From assembly GCA_900545605.1 (NCBI GenBank), contig UQZL01000002.1:43943-107942 (forward strand): 64,000 bases of DNA. The letters are read 5' to 3'. The position numbers and the translations under genes were made by a program. Shown here piece by piece: positions 18,864-28,151 of the stretch (the stretch's first letter is position 1; every line of letters begins with the position of its first letter). Under the pieces are notes generated by a model. It was not told the DNA's origin and made no database searches. It saw only the letters and a list, made by a program, of their open reading frames with translations. The DNA is from an uncultured Collinsella sp. GTDB taxonomy: Bacteria > Actinomycetota > Coriobacteriia > Coriobacteriales > Coriobacteriaceae.

Positions 18864-19667
18864 ATGCCCCCATGCAATAAACAGCAGACTATTGAGTTGG
18901 ACAGTACGACCTGGACTGCTCTCAACGAGCTCGCGCTTGCAATCCACGCATCACACGGTGTCGATAAGCTGCAAAAGGAGACCCTCGAGGGAACGACAGG
19001 ACTCGTGCCCCATCGGATCGCCATGTTCGACCTGATCGAGGCGGCAGGCAGTGACGCCCCACGCTACGTCCACCCCGCAAGCAGCGGAATGGACGACCGC
19101 GCGCTGAGCGACTACTACAACCGCTACGCCGCGATGGACTATACAACATGGAGCTTTGACCTACATAAGGTCGGCGTCTACCGCGACCTCGACCTCGTGG
19201 ACGTCGAGCGACGCGATGCCACGCCCATCTATCGCAAATGGATGGAACCGCAGGGCGTCTACTTTGGCTGTACGGCCACGCTCGCGCACAACGACAGCCC
19301 GCTAGGAAGCATCACCCTGTTTCGCGAACGCACGGCCGGAGACTTCACCGACACCGAGCTCGCAATCCTGCTCGAAATCGCTCGGCACGCGAGCCTCGCG
19401 CTCGCCAACCTCTATCCTCGGGGCATTAATCTCACCCAGACCGAAGACACAGACCAGCTGAATGCTTTCATTACAGAACATAATATCCAACCGCGCGAAG
19501 CCGAAATCATGCAGCTCATGCTCGGCGGCAAAACGAACAAACAGATGGCAAACGAGCTATTCATAAGCGAGTCAACCGTCAAGAAGCACGTCAACGCCAT
19601 CTATCGCAAGCTCGGCGTCAGCAACCGTCTGGGCCTTATGACTGCCACGCAAAACATCCCACGATAA
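18864..19667 (+). CDS. Soluble LuxR-family regulator with an N-terminal ligand-binding (GAF-like) domain
   Basis: C-terminal REAEI...[30 protein letters not shown]; divergent from aguA copy 1; AAAGGA RBS before ATG 18864. Confidence 0.88.
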   Translation: MPPCNKQQTIELDSTTWTALNELALAIHASHGVDKLQKETLEGTTGLVPHRIAMFDLIEAAGSDAPRYVHPASSGMDDRALSDYYNRYAAMDYTTWSFDLHKVGVYRDLDLVDVERRDATPIYRKWMEPQGVYFGCTATLAHNDSPLGSITLFRERTAGDFTDTELAILLEIARHASLALANLYPRGINLTQTEDTDQLNAFITEHNIQPREAEIMQLMLGGKTNKQMANELFISESTVKKHVNAIYRKLGVSNRLGLMTATQNIPR

Positions 19668-19743
19668 AAAAGGGCGCCCTCCATACGGAGAACGCCCTTT
19701 GATTTCGCCATTTGAATTAGTGTCGGCTCTGGCTCAAAGAGTA

Positions 19744-20019
19744 GACAGGTTTATTTTGGCAGGGTTTATCTGGGCAAATGTCAGCCGCCACGAGGGAGCT
19801 GCCTTCCCTCACGGCGATCTTCCAGCAGAAAAACCAAGTGAGTAGGCTTTTTGCAGGAGGCCAAGCACGCCCCAAAACGCCACAGCTCTGACCTGCACGG
19901 TTTTATTGAGCATTTGCCGCGGTGTGCTCGGCATATCCAAATAAGTCTACTCACTTGCATCTAAGACGCACCAGATAGGCAAAAACCGCCGCAAAAAGGG
20001 GGCCGGTTCCCTTCGCGGC
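19744..20019 (+). repeat. ~276-bp composite repeat, copy A
   Basis: Aligns along its length with 33681-33957 (GACAGGTTTATTTTGGCAGG...CAAGTGAGTAGGCTTTT...TGACCTGC...CTACTCACTTGCATCT...CCTTCGCGGC). Confidence 0.9.
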
Positions 20020-20041
20020 AGCCGTTAATACGCCGAGCTTG

Positions 20042-21211
20042 TTATCGTAAAAGCCAATCACGCGCCGAAACCACACTACAGTCTTTCGACTCATACGTTG
20101 AGTCCACGCGGGCCACAACATAGCGCGCATCTTTTGCAATGTCGATCTCATCGCATACAGTCTGTAGATGGCGGGCGTACTTATCGTGATACGTTCTGGA
20201 TGATTTTATTTCGATAGCCTTGGGACTCCCTGAGTTTGTACAGTCGAGCAAATCGATTTCACGCTTGCTGTCGTCCCTATAGAAATACAGCTCGGGATTC
20301 TCGCCCACGTTGAGATGGCTCTTCGCCGTTTCGGAAACGATGAGGTTTTCGAAAACGGCCCCCAGATAAGGGCTCTCCAATAGTTGCTCCAGTGATCCAA
20401 TTTTGAGCAAGTAGCAGAGCAGCCCCGTGTCGTAAAAATAGAGCTTGGGCGTTTTAGTTAGACGCTTCTTGGCATTTGCATAATAGGGCTGCAGCGAAAA
20501 CGTCAGGTAGCTCTGCTCCAGAATGGACAACCAGCTTTTAATGGTCGATACGCTCACGCCCGTATCTCGAGAAAGCGAGGATATATTGATGAGGGCACCG
20601 ACGCTCTGAGCAATTATGGACAGAAACTTATGAAACTCCGCCTTATTGCGCACATCAAGCAAGCCCACAACATCGCGCTCAACATAGGTATCGATATAGC
20701 TGGGAAAATAAACCGAGGACGGCATTCCGGCGGAACGCAGGCGAGGGTATCCCCCTTCGAGCGCGAACAAATCCACTTCCAGCTGCCCCTGCTGGCCCCT
20801 CTCCGCTTCTCGAAACGATAATGGCAGCAATTTTAAGATCCCGACTCGCCCGGCAAGAGACTGCCCGATGCTTTTCATCATCAAAAAGTTTTGCGAGCCT
20901 GTAAGGATGTATTGACCGGCGTCTCCCCGCTCATCCGAAACAACCTGGATCATTGAAAACAAATCCGGGGCGTATTGCGCCTCATCGATGATGAGTCCGC
21001 CCTTTCGGTTGCGGATAAAACTCACCGGATCCTCCAAGGCCGCGCGCCTCGTTTGAGGGTCCTCAAGCGTGACGTAGGAATAGTCGGGAAAGGCATGCCG
21101 AACCAGCGTAGACTTACCACTCTGCCTAGGCCCTGTCAACGACACAACAGGAAACCAGCCTGCCATGCGAATGAGCAACTCATGCAAATCCCTGTTAATG
21201 AACTCAGCCAT
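20042..21211 (-). CDS. AAA_14-type ATPase with DUF4143 C-terminal (PD-D/ExK-like) domain
   Basis: LTGPRQSGKST, IIDEAQ, LTGS, LAGR, GGYP, KLYFYDTGL, FEN, YFYRD...EID...AIEIKS. Confidence 0.88.
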   Translation of the reverse strand: MAEFINRDLHELLIRMAGWFPVVSLTGPRQSGKSTLVRHAFPDYSYVTLEDPQTRRAALEDPVSFIRNRKGGLIIDEAQYAPDLFSMIQVVSDERGDAGQYILTGSQNFLMMKSIGQSLAGRVGILKLLPLSFREAERGQQGQLEVDLFALEGGYPRLRSAGMPSSVYFPSYIDTYVERDVVGLLDVRNKAEFHKFLSIIAQSVGALINISSLSRDTGVSVSTIKSWLSILEQSYLTFSLQPYYANAKKRLTKTPKLYFYDTGLLCYLLKIGSLEQLLESPYLGAVFENLIVSETAKSHLNVGENPELYFYRDDSKREIDLLDCTNSGSPKAIEIKSSRTYHDKYARHLQTVCDEIDIAKDARYVVARVDSTYESKDCSVVSARDWLLR

Positions 21212-21236
21212 ATCAACGCCCCTTATTACGCTGTTA

Positions 21237-21298
21237 CCATAATCGAATAGTTTCATTCTCCATAATCTTATAGTAGCGTTTACCATAATCTTATAGTA
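21237..21298. repeat. Three direct repeats with a 23-bp period upstream of the AAA ATPase
   Basis: CCATAATCGAATAGT (21237), CCATAATCTTATAGT (21260), CCATAATCTTATAGT (21283). Confidence 0.8.
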
Positions 21299-21439
21299 AC
21301 CCAGTTCAAAAGCATTATTTATAGAGCCGAAATCTCAGACCCTAAATAACAAAAGCCACCACAATGGGGGCTGTCCCCATTGTGGTGGCTTGCAGGCGAG
21401 TTAACTTGTTCGACTATCGTACGCCAGCCATGTCCGAGC

Positions 21440-22816
21440 CTAGAGCGTGGCAAGGCGCTTGGACTCGTGCGCGGCGAGCGCAATGGAGATGATGCCAGTA
21501 ATGGCATCGGCCACCACCAGGGCGATCCACACGCCCTCGACACCCATCATGTTGCCGAGGAGGTACATAAGCGGCACCGAGCAGATCACATAGCGAAGCA
21601 GGCCCGTAAACGTGGCGACACCCACCTTCTCGACCGCCTGGAAATACATCGACATGGTCATGGCAAGATAGCCCAGGGCAACAGCCAGGATGACAGTACG
21701 CGTGGCGTTGGCGGCAACCTCAACGAGCGCAGGATCGCTGCCGGCAAAGAAGGCGCACACCGGGGTGGCGGCAAGCCAGAGCGCGACGGTGACCAGCGCC
21801 AGCGTCACAACCTGGTACTTAAGCGTGCAGGAGAGCGTCTCCTTAAGGCGTGCCCAAGCCTTTGCGCCGGCGTTGAAGGCAGCGATGGGCTGCAGACCGT
21901 AGGAGAAGCACTGGGCAACCATCATGGTAATGTAGAGGATGTAGCCGTTGATCACGCCAAAGGCTGCGATGTAGAGCGAGCCCATGTCGCCGCCGAGCGA
22001 ACCCAAAAGCGAGTTGGCAACGGTATTAAAGATAAAGGTCGCACCCTGGACCAGGAAGAACGGGAAGCCGATCTTGAAGATCTGGCCGCAGATGGCGAGG
22101 TCGAGCTTAAGGTCGGCCAGGCTAATCTGGAGCTGGGACTTTTTGCCCCCGATGAACCAGAAGATACCGATGGCCCAGATACCGATGGAAAGCCCGTAGT
22201 ACACGCCGGCGCCCATAACGCCAAACTTGAGCACAAACGTGGAAAGCGCGAGCCAACAGATGGCGACGATGGCCGAAACGGTCATGAGGTTGGCCTGGAT
22301 CTGAACCTTCTCGTCCACACGCATCACAGCGGTGATCATCTGGCCAATGACCGTGAGCGGCAGCAGCACGGCGAAGGTGCGCACGCCGGCAACGGTATCG
22401 GCCATGATGTCGGGCGTGGCGCCAAAGAATGTGCAGATGGGCTCGGTAAACACTGCCATCACCACAGCAAGCAGCACACTCACGATCGTGGTGAGCCAAA
22501 AGCCCTGGCTAAAAGCCTTGCTTGCACCCTTGATGTCGCCGGCACCCAAAAGGTTGCCCACCACGGCGGGCACGCCGGTGCCAAACAGGTTGCCAAAGGC
22601 CAGGTTGATGTACTCGACCGACATAATGATCGAGACACATGCCAGGCCGTGGGCACCTAGGCCCCAACCCATCACGAGGCCCTCAAGGACCACCATGATG
22701 ATCTGGGCGAGCATGCCCTGGCCGGTGACGATGGTGTACTTACGCACCAGACCGGGAATCGGTTGGGAGGCGAGCTCGCGCTCCTCCTCCACGGCAGCGG
22801 TTACTTCTTCTGCCAT
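21440..22816 (-). CDS. MATE-family efflux transporter (MepA-like)
   Basis: About 12 hydrophobic segments in two repeats; GLQPIAAFNAGAK, GVEGVWIALVVAD. Confidence 0.88.
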   Translation of the reverse strand: MAEEVTAAVEEERELASQPIPGLVRKYTIVTGQGMLAQIIMVVLEGLVMGWGLGAHGLACVSIIMSVEYINLAFGNLFGTGVPAVVGNLLGAGDIKGASKAFSQGFWLTTIVSVLLAVVMAVFTEPICTFFGATPDIMADTVAGVRTFAVLLPLTVIGQMITAVMRVDEKVQIQANLMTVSAIVAICWLALSTFVLKFGVMGAGVYYGLSIGIWAIGIFWFIGGKKSQLQISLADLKLDLAICGQIFKIGFPFFLVQGATFIFNTVANSLLGSLGGDMGSLYIAAFGVINGYILYITMMVAQCFSYGLQPIAAFNAGAKAWARLKETLSCTLKYQVVTLALVTVALWLAATPVCAFFAGSDPALVEVAANATRTVILAVALGYLAMTMSMYFQAVEKVGVATFTGLLRYVICSVPLMYLLGNMMGVEGVWIALVVADAITGIISIALAAHESKRLATL

Positions 22817-22903
22817 TGTTCTCCCCTTTCCTTGAGAGAGTAGTGCTGAATGGATGTCAGGCGGCTGACAACTGGCACCAAGCCGCCCAATCAAACGATG
22901 GCG

Positions 22904-24532
22904 CTATGCCTCAAAGACCACCTTGCCGGCGATCATCGTGAGGGCTGCGGTAGCCTCGAGCACCTCGGCCGGCTCGCAATCAAAGAGATTGCGGTCGAGC
23001 ACGCAGATATCTGCCTGTTTGCCGCACGCGAGCGTGCCGATGCGGTCCTCGGCATGCATGGCGTAGGCGCTGCCATAGGTGTAGGCGCACAGAGCCTCGG
23101 CCATGGTAATGCGCTCCTGGGGGAACCAGCCCTCAGGGTTGGAACCGTCCTCGAGCATGCGGAAGACCGCGCCGTACACCTCCTCCATGGGCTCCAAGCC
23201 CACAACGGGGAAGTCACTGCCCAGGTGCACCACGGCTCCGCTGGCAAGCAGGCTATGCAGGGGCCACGAAAGCGCGGCACGCTCGGGACCCACGGCTTCG
23301 TCCTTGGCAAGGTCAGCCATATCGAGCAGCATGTGCCACGGCTGCATGCCGGGGCAGACGCCGAGCTCGGCATAACGCGGCATATCCTCGGGTTGAACCG
23401 TCTCGTTGTGCTCCATGGAGTGGCGACAATCCCGCTTGCCATGCAAGCGCTCGCCCTCCTCAAAGCAATCGAGCACAAAACGCACCGAGCGATCGCCGAT
23501 TGCATGGATGCGCGTGTCAACGCCCCATTCCTGCGCCCTCAGGATGGCAGCACGGATGCGCTCCGGCTCCTCCGCGGGCTCACCACAGGTGTCGGGTGCG
23601 TTGCTATAGGGTTCAAGCATCCAGGCGGTATGGTCGGAGCACACACCATCAAGGAACTGCTTAAAGCCGTGCCACTCCACCTGCGTACCCGGGAAGGCGT
23701 ATTTCTCCTTGATCTGCTCGAGCGTCAAGGACTCGTTTTCGAACAGGTCGGTGTACAGGAACACGCGCAGCGGCAAGTCGCCCTTGGCATTAAGACCTGC
23801 CAACACCGCATACGGGTTTTCCATGCTCACAAACGTAGGATTGACCATGCCGACCGTAGTGATTCCCAGGGCATTGGCGCGCCGGGCGGTTTTTGCAAAC
23901 GACGCGTCAACAACCTCGGGCGCTGGGTCGTAGACCTCGTCCATAAAGAAGGCGCCGGCGTTGTTGGAAAACACGCCCGTCAGATTGCCGTCGGCATCCT
24001 TAAGGATCTTGCCGCCTGCGGGATCGGGCGTCTGCGAAGTTACTCCCACCTTGTTGATGGCGCAGGTATTGGCACTAAAGGTATGCAAGTCAACCTGCTG
24101 CAGAAATACCGGGCGGTCGGAGATGTACTCATCGATCATCGCGGCCGTGGGCATCTCGGGGACATCCCACTGGAACTGGATAATCTGGCAGCCCAGAATC
24201 CACTCGTTATCGGGATGGTCGGCCGCAAACGCCACGACACGTTCCATCGCCATCTCAAAACTGGTGCAGTCGATGAGGTTGACGGCAAAATCGGGGTCGG
24301 TCATAAACGCGCCCTGGGCAAAATGCGTGTGCGAGTCGATCAGGCCGGGCATGACGAGCTGGTCGCCAAAGTCGCGCACCTCGGTATCGGGACCGATAAA
24401 CGGTGCCAGGTGAGCATCGTCACCGCAGGCAACGATTTTATCGCCCCGCACGGCAACGCCGCCCTTAAACGGCTCGAGCCCATCGCCGGTAAAGACGGCG
24501 TCGCTCTTGATAACTACATCAGCCTTGTCCAT
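22904..24532 (-). CDS. Amidohydrolase_3 (YtcJ/NfdA-like) metal-dependent hydrolase
   Basis: MPGLIDSHTH, KQFLDG, HAIGD, MEH, GSDFPV, YTYGSAYA, GKQAD. Start at 24532 after GAGGAGG. Confidence 0.9.
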   Translation of the reverse strand: MDKADVVIKSDAVFTGDGLEPFKGGVAVRGDKIVACGDDAHLAPFIGPDTEVRDFGDQLVMPGLIDSHTHFAQGAFMTDPDFAVNLIDCTSFEMAMERVVAFAADHPDNEWILGCQIIQFQWDVPEMPTAAMIDEYISDRPVFLQQVDLHTFSANTCAINKVGVTSQTPDPAGGKILKDADGNLTGVFSNNAGAFFMDEVYDPAPEVVDASFAKTARRANALGITTVGMVNPTFVSMENPYAVLAGLNAKGDLPLRVFLYTDLFENESLTLEQIKEKYAFPGTQVEWHGFKQFLDGVCSDHTAWMLEPYSNAPDTCGEPAEEPERIRAAILRAQEWGVDTRIHAIGDRSVRFVLDCFEEGERLHGKRDCRHSMEHNETVQPEDMPRYAELGVCPGMQPWHMLLDMADLAKDEAVGPERAALSWPLHSLLASGAVVHLGSDFPVVGLEPMEEVYGAVFRMLEDGSNPEGWFPQERITMAEALCAYTYGSAYAMHAEDRIGTLACGKQADICVLDRNLFDCEPAEVLEATAALTMIAGKVVFEA

Positions 24533-24847
24533 GCGAGCCTCCTCAGGCATCTTTGGTTGTAACGCGGACGCACCGCCCGCGTGGGCACTCGGTTGGGAGC
24601 GTAGCGCTCCCGCATCGGCGCGTGCCTACAAGCCGTGCTCGGACGTCTGTCCCACGTCCGCGGCTTCGCGCTACACCCATTGATACACAGGGGCAAACCC
24701 GTGCCAAGGCCAGGGACCGCAAACGGTCAGTTTAAGCAGGTTTACACGCTTTACCTGCAGGTTTATTGTCTGAGATTATTACCGCTTCATTACGCCCAAC
24801 GGTGTGGCCGCCCACACAGCAAGACCCGCATGCGAGGAAGAATGAGG

Positions 24848-25840
24848 CTAGGAACGCCAAAAGGTATCTATAAGGTCATCTCGGTTGGAGACGCCGCTTT
24901 TAACGTAGATGCGATGCAAGTGTGCCTTGACCGTGCCAGGGCTGATGACCAACTCGCTGGCGATGTTTTGGGCGTCGTTGCCCTTCAGCACCAGCGTGAG
25001 CACCTCCTGCTCGCGCCGTGACAGCTTATGGGCGTCGGCATAAATCACCACACGCGATGCGAGATCGTCCTCAGAGCTTGCGCTCTCGGCTGCCACGTCC
25101 TCATCGGCACGCGGATGACGGGCATACACACGCAGGATATGGCTAAACTGGCAAAAAAGCTGAGCCGCGCATACCACGAGCAGCACGTTTTCGGAGATAT
25201 TGCGCTCGGACAGATACCACAAAAAGAGGCCGATGACGGGGTTTTGGGAGTCGGGGCGGCAGAACAAGATCATGTAGGTGTCCTCGGCGATCACGCAAAA
25301 CACAAGAACGAAGGCCACCTTCCAAAAGAGCTTTGAGCGGTCGAGGTCGAGTTTCTCAACACGCGTTGCTCTGTACCGGTAATGCCAGGCGGCATAGGCA
25401 AGACATCCTACATTACCCAGGTCACGCGTGAGCCAAAAGAGATACTGCTGCACCTCTCCGGCAGCGCCGCTGCGAGGCACCAGCAGCAATTGCAAGATTG
25501 AAAACGGCACGATAGCGAGTCCGAGCATGCGCGACGTCGGTCTTTTGCGCAAGCGCGCAAACATCCATAGCACCACGCAGGCATAGATGGCAATACCAAG
25601 CACGCAGCGCAGCAAGGGGTGCTGCAGCGGCTCGCTAAAGGTAACGGCGTAGTCGTATTTGAGCCGATTGTACTCGTCAAAAAAGATGACCGACATATCG
25701 AGCATATAGAGCAAAAAACCCGCCGCGGCCACGAGGCTGTCGCGACGGCGCGTCATGAGCCAAACCACCAATGCCACGGCACTGGTCACCAGAGCCACAC
25801 CCATGATAATCGTGGTGTAGATATAGAACGCGAAACTCAT
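24848..25840 (-). CDS. Membrane-anchored LuxR regulator (AguR-like), copy 1
   Basis: About 7 TM segments plus C-terminal LSRREQEVL...TVKAHLHRIY; shares YLSERN.SEN with 32702-33667. Confidence 0.88.
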   Translation of the reverse strand: MSFAFYIYTTIIMGVALVTSAVALVVWLMTRRRDSLVAAAGFLLYMLDMSVIFFDEYNRLKYDYAVTFSEPLQHPLLRCVLGIAIYACVVLWMFARLRKRPTSRMLGLAIVPFSILQLLLVPRSGAAGEVQQYLFWLTRDLGNVGCLAYAAWHYRYRATRVEKLDLDRSKLFWKVAFVLVFCVIAEDTYMILFCRPDSQNPVIGLFLWYLSERNISENVLLVVCAAQLFCQFSHILRVYARHPRADEDVAAESASSEDDLASRVVIYADAHKLSRREQEVLTLVLKGNDAQNIASELVISPGTVKAHLHRIYVKSGVSNRDDLIDTFWRS

Positions 25841-25968
25841 GCCCGCCTCCCCTGTCTAGATACTGTGAGGATGTTGACAGATTCTTTGCCGCAAGATTAG
25901 ACTCACCGATTAAACGTACTGTATCGTTTAGATAAACAAGCTGTGTCTCACCGATGAAAGGAGATGCC

Positions 25969-26160
25969 ATGACACCGATCGCTCCGCTCAAGATGCTCGT
26001 CGCGCCCGCCGCCAAGGCCATCACCCGACTCGGTTCTTCCATGACCTACGACAATGTCCCCTGCGCCGTTGAGGCGCGTTCGGACAGCTGCCCCTACCTG
26101 GGCCACGTCCCCTACTTTGCACCCAAGCTCGCATCTGATCCCGAGCAGCGTGAGCAGTAA
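25969..26160 (+). CDS. Small 63-aa peptide of unknown function
   Basis: Strong RBS AAAGGAG just before the ATG; GC-rich third codon positions; fills the gap between two minus-strand genes. Confidence 0.6.
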   Translation: MTPIAPLKMLVAPAAKAITRLGSSMTYDNVPCAVEARSDSCPYLGHVPYFAPKLASDPEQREQ

Positions 26161-26195
26161 TCCAAGATGCATCTAGCACCGCACAACTCGCGGCG

Positions 26196-27605
26196 CTACT
26201 GTTTTGGTGCAAAGCGACCTGTCCCCCTTGCGCCAACGCCGGGATTGTCGATGCTGCGGCCGCGGCGCGATATGAGGCGCGAAACCTCGCCCAGCAACAC
26301 GCCGATCACCACACCCATGAGGATCGGCAACTTTGACATCTCGGCGGGCGAGCTGTTAAGCGGCACGATTGTCGCAACAATCGAAAGCACGAGTTCTACC
26401 ACCGGCACCGCAAGCGCTACCGCAAGCACCTTGCCCTCGAAGGGCGCGCGAAACACACGCGGGCGGTCGTCGTATTTACGCAGGCGCCAAAACGCCGGGA
26501 ACATCGGGATATAGCTCATGAGCAGAAAGACGACGTTCATCGAGAAGAAGACCCAAAAGACGTCGGAACCTTCACCCAGCGGAATCTGAAGTAGCAGCAC
26601 CAAGCTGGCAAAACAACCGTTAATGAGTGCCGAGCCGTTGGGCATGCCGGTCTTCTTGGACACCAGCGCAAAGGGACGCGGCATGTTGCCATGGCGCGCG
26701 GCATAGCTCGCCACGTTGTTGACGCCAAAGCTCCAACAGATCATGTTGGCAAACAGCGTTACCAGAAAGGCCACGCCCACGACCATCGTCAGCGGGTGAG
26801 CGCGCCCCACCATGGCGGCAACCGCGTCCACAATGCCCGAATCGAGTGAAAGCTGCTCGGTGGGAACCGCGGCTCCAATACCGATGCCACAGATAATGTA
26901 GATCGCCGCGATGGCAACGCCACCGGCGATAACCGCCTTGGGGATATCGCGCGATGGGTTCTTCATCGTGCTGGCAAAGGTCGCGACCACCTCAAAGCCC
27001 ATAAAGTTGAATAGGATGATTGAAAGATACGTCAGTGAGTTAGTGTCTCCCAGATCGGGGACAAATGTCTTAAACGACATATCGTTGGCAAAGCCGTTGT
27101 TGCAGGCAAACCAGATGCCGATGATTCCCACCACGGCGGTAATGAGCACCTTGATGACGGCGCCGCCATCCATGACCCAATCGGCCTCGGCCACCGGCTG
27201 CATTGCCATGACCGTGACGCCCCACACAAAGGCAAGCTCGATGGCAATTCGGACCCCAAGCGAAAATTCGATGCCCCATACCGCATTGATGACACTGGGG
27301 AACATGCAGGCGATACTTGCCACCCACAGTGGAAAGTTGACCCAATAGCACCAGGAGCAGCGTGCACACCAACGGTCTCCCAAGCCCAGGCGAACCCAGT
27401 CGTACAGGCCGCCCTCGGAATCGAACGCCGTACCGAGCTCGGCCACCACCAGGCCATAGGGAAGCAAAAACGTAATGATAAGGAAGATCCACCAGAAGAA
27501 CTGCACGTTACCCATGGCAGATGCCGGAGCAGCCGCCTCGATGGTAAAGACAACGCAGATAACCGAGAGGATGACCTCGAACAGGGAGAACTTTTTACCT
27601 GCCAT
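26196..27605 (-). CDS. APC-family amino acid/polyamine permease (AguD-like), copy 1
   Basis: FLLPYGLVVAELGT, EGGLYDWV, FNFMGFE; clear paralog of 29726-31165. Confidence 0.88.
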   Translation of the reverse strand: MAGKKFSLFEVILSVICVVFTIEAAAPASAMGNVQFFWWIFLIITFLLPYGLVVAELGTAFDSEGGLYDWVRLGLGDRWCARCSWCYWVNFPLWVASIACMFPSVINAVWGIEFSLGVRIAIELAFVWGVTVMAMQPVAEADWVMDGGAVIKVLITAVVGIIGIWFACNNGFANDMSFKTFVPDLGDTNSLTYLSIILFNFMGFEVVATFASTMKNPSRDIPKAVIAGGVAIAAIYIICGIGIGAAVPTEQLSLDSGIVDAVAAMVGRAHPLTMVVGVAFLVTLFANMICWSFGVNNVASYAARHGNMPRPFALVSKKTGMPNGSALINGCFASLVLLLQIPLGEGSDVFWVFFSMNVVFLLMSYIPMFPAFWRLRKYDDRPRVFRAPFEGKVLAVALAVPVVELVLSIVATIVPLNSSPAEMSKLPILMGVVIGVLLGEVSRLISRRGRSIDNPGVGARGTGRFAPKQ

Positions 27606-28151
27606 GGCACGCTTCCCCTACAGCAAAAAGGATGGCATCTGTACCGAAGGCGCAGCCCAAGGTAGGGTTGCAGGCCGCGTCACCGGTGCAGGTGCCATCC
27701 CAAAGAGAAGAGAGGGTGCAATTGTTGGACCAACGCTCGCGGAACAGGCGCGTGTAGATAACGATACGCTGGTACATAGATACTCCGATCAAAACGGCCG
27801 CGATTGCGACCGGAATCTTTTGGCAATTGAAGACGCGTCTGACCTGGGATATTCAAGCGAACAATTGGCCTAACCCGCAATAAATCCCAGATCAGACGCA
27901 TACTCAATCAAAGAGGCGGGCACTCCGAAGTGGAGGCAACGGAGTGCCCAAAGAAAAACCCAGCCGACCAAGACATCGAATAAACCGACCATCAATGCCC
28001 CGAGATGGTCACGGTGCGATTCACCGACTGTCCGATTGATCGGCTGGGTTTCTGAGGTGCGGCAGATTGCCCTGAAAGAGGAGGGCATAGACCTTAAGGG
28101 TCATGCCCGACGATTGAAGGGCAAGGTGCCGTGCCTCGGGAAGACAGACAA

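Noticed and set aside
24533..24847. Guanidine riboswitch upstream of the amidohydrolase-MATE genes
   Set aside because: The context is suggestive, but I could not match the sequence to guanidine-I to IV consensus features by eye.
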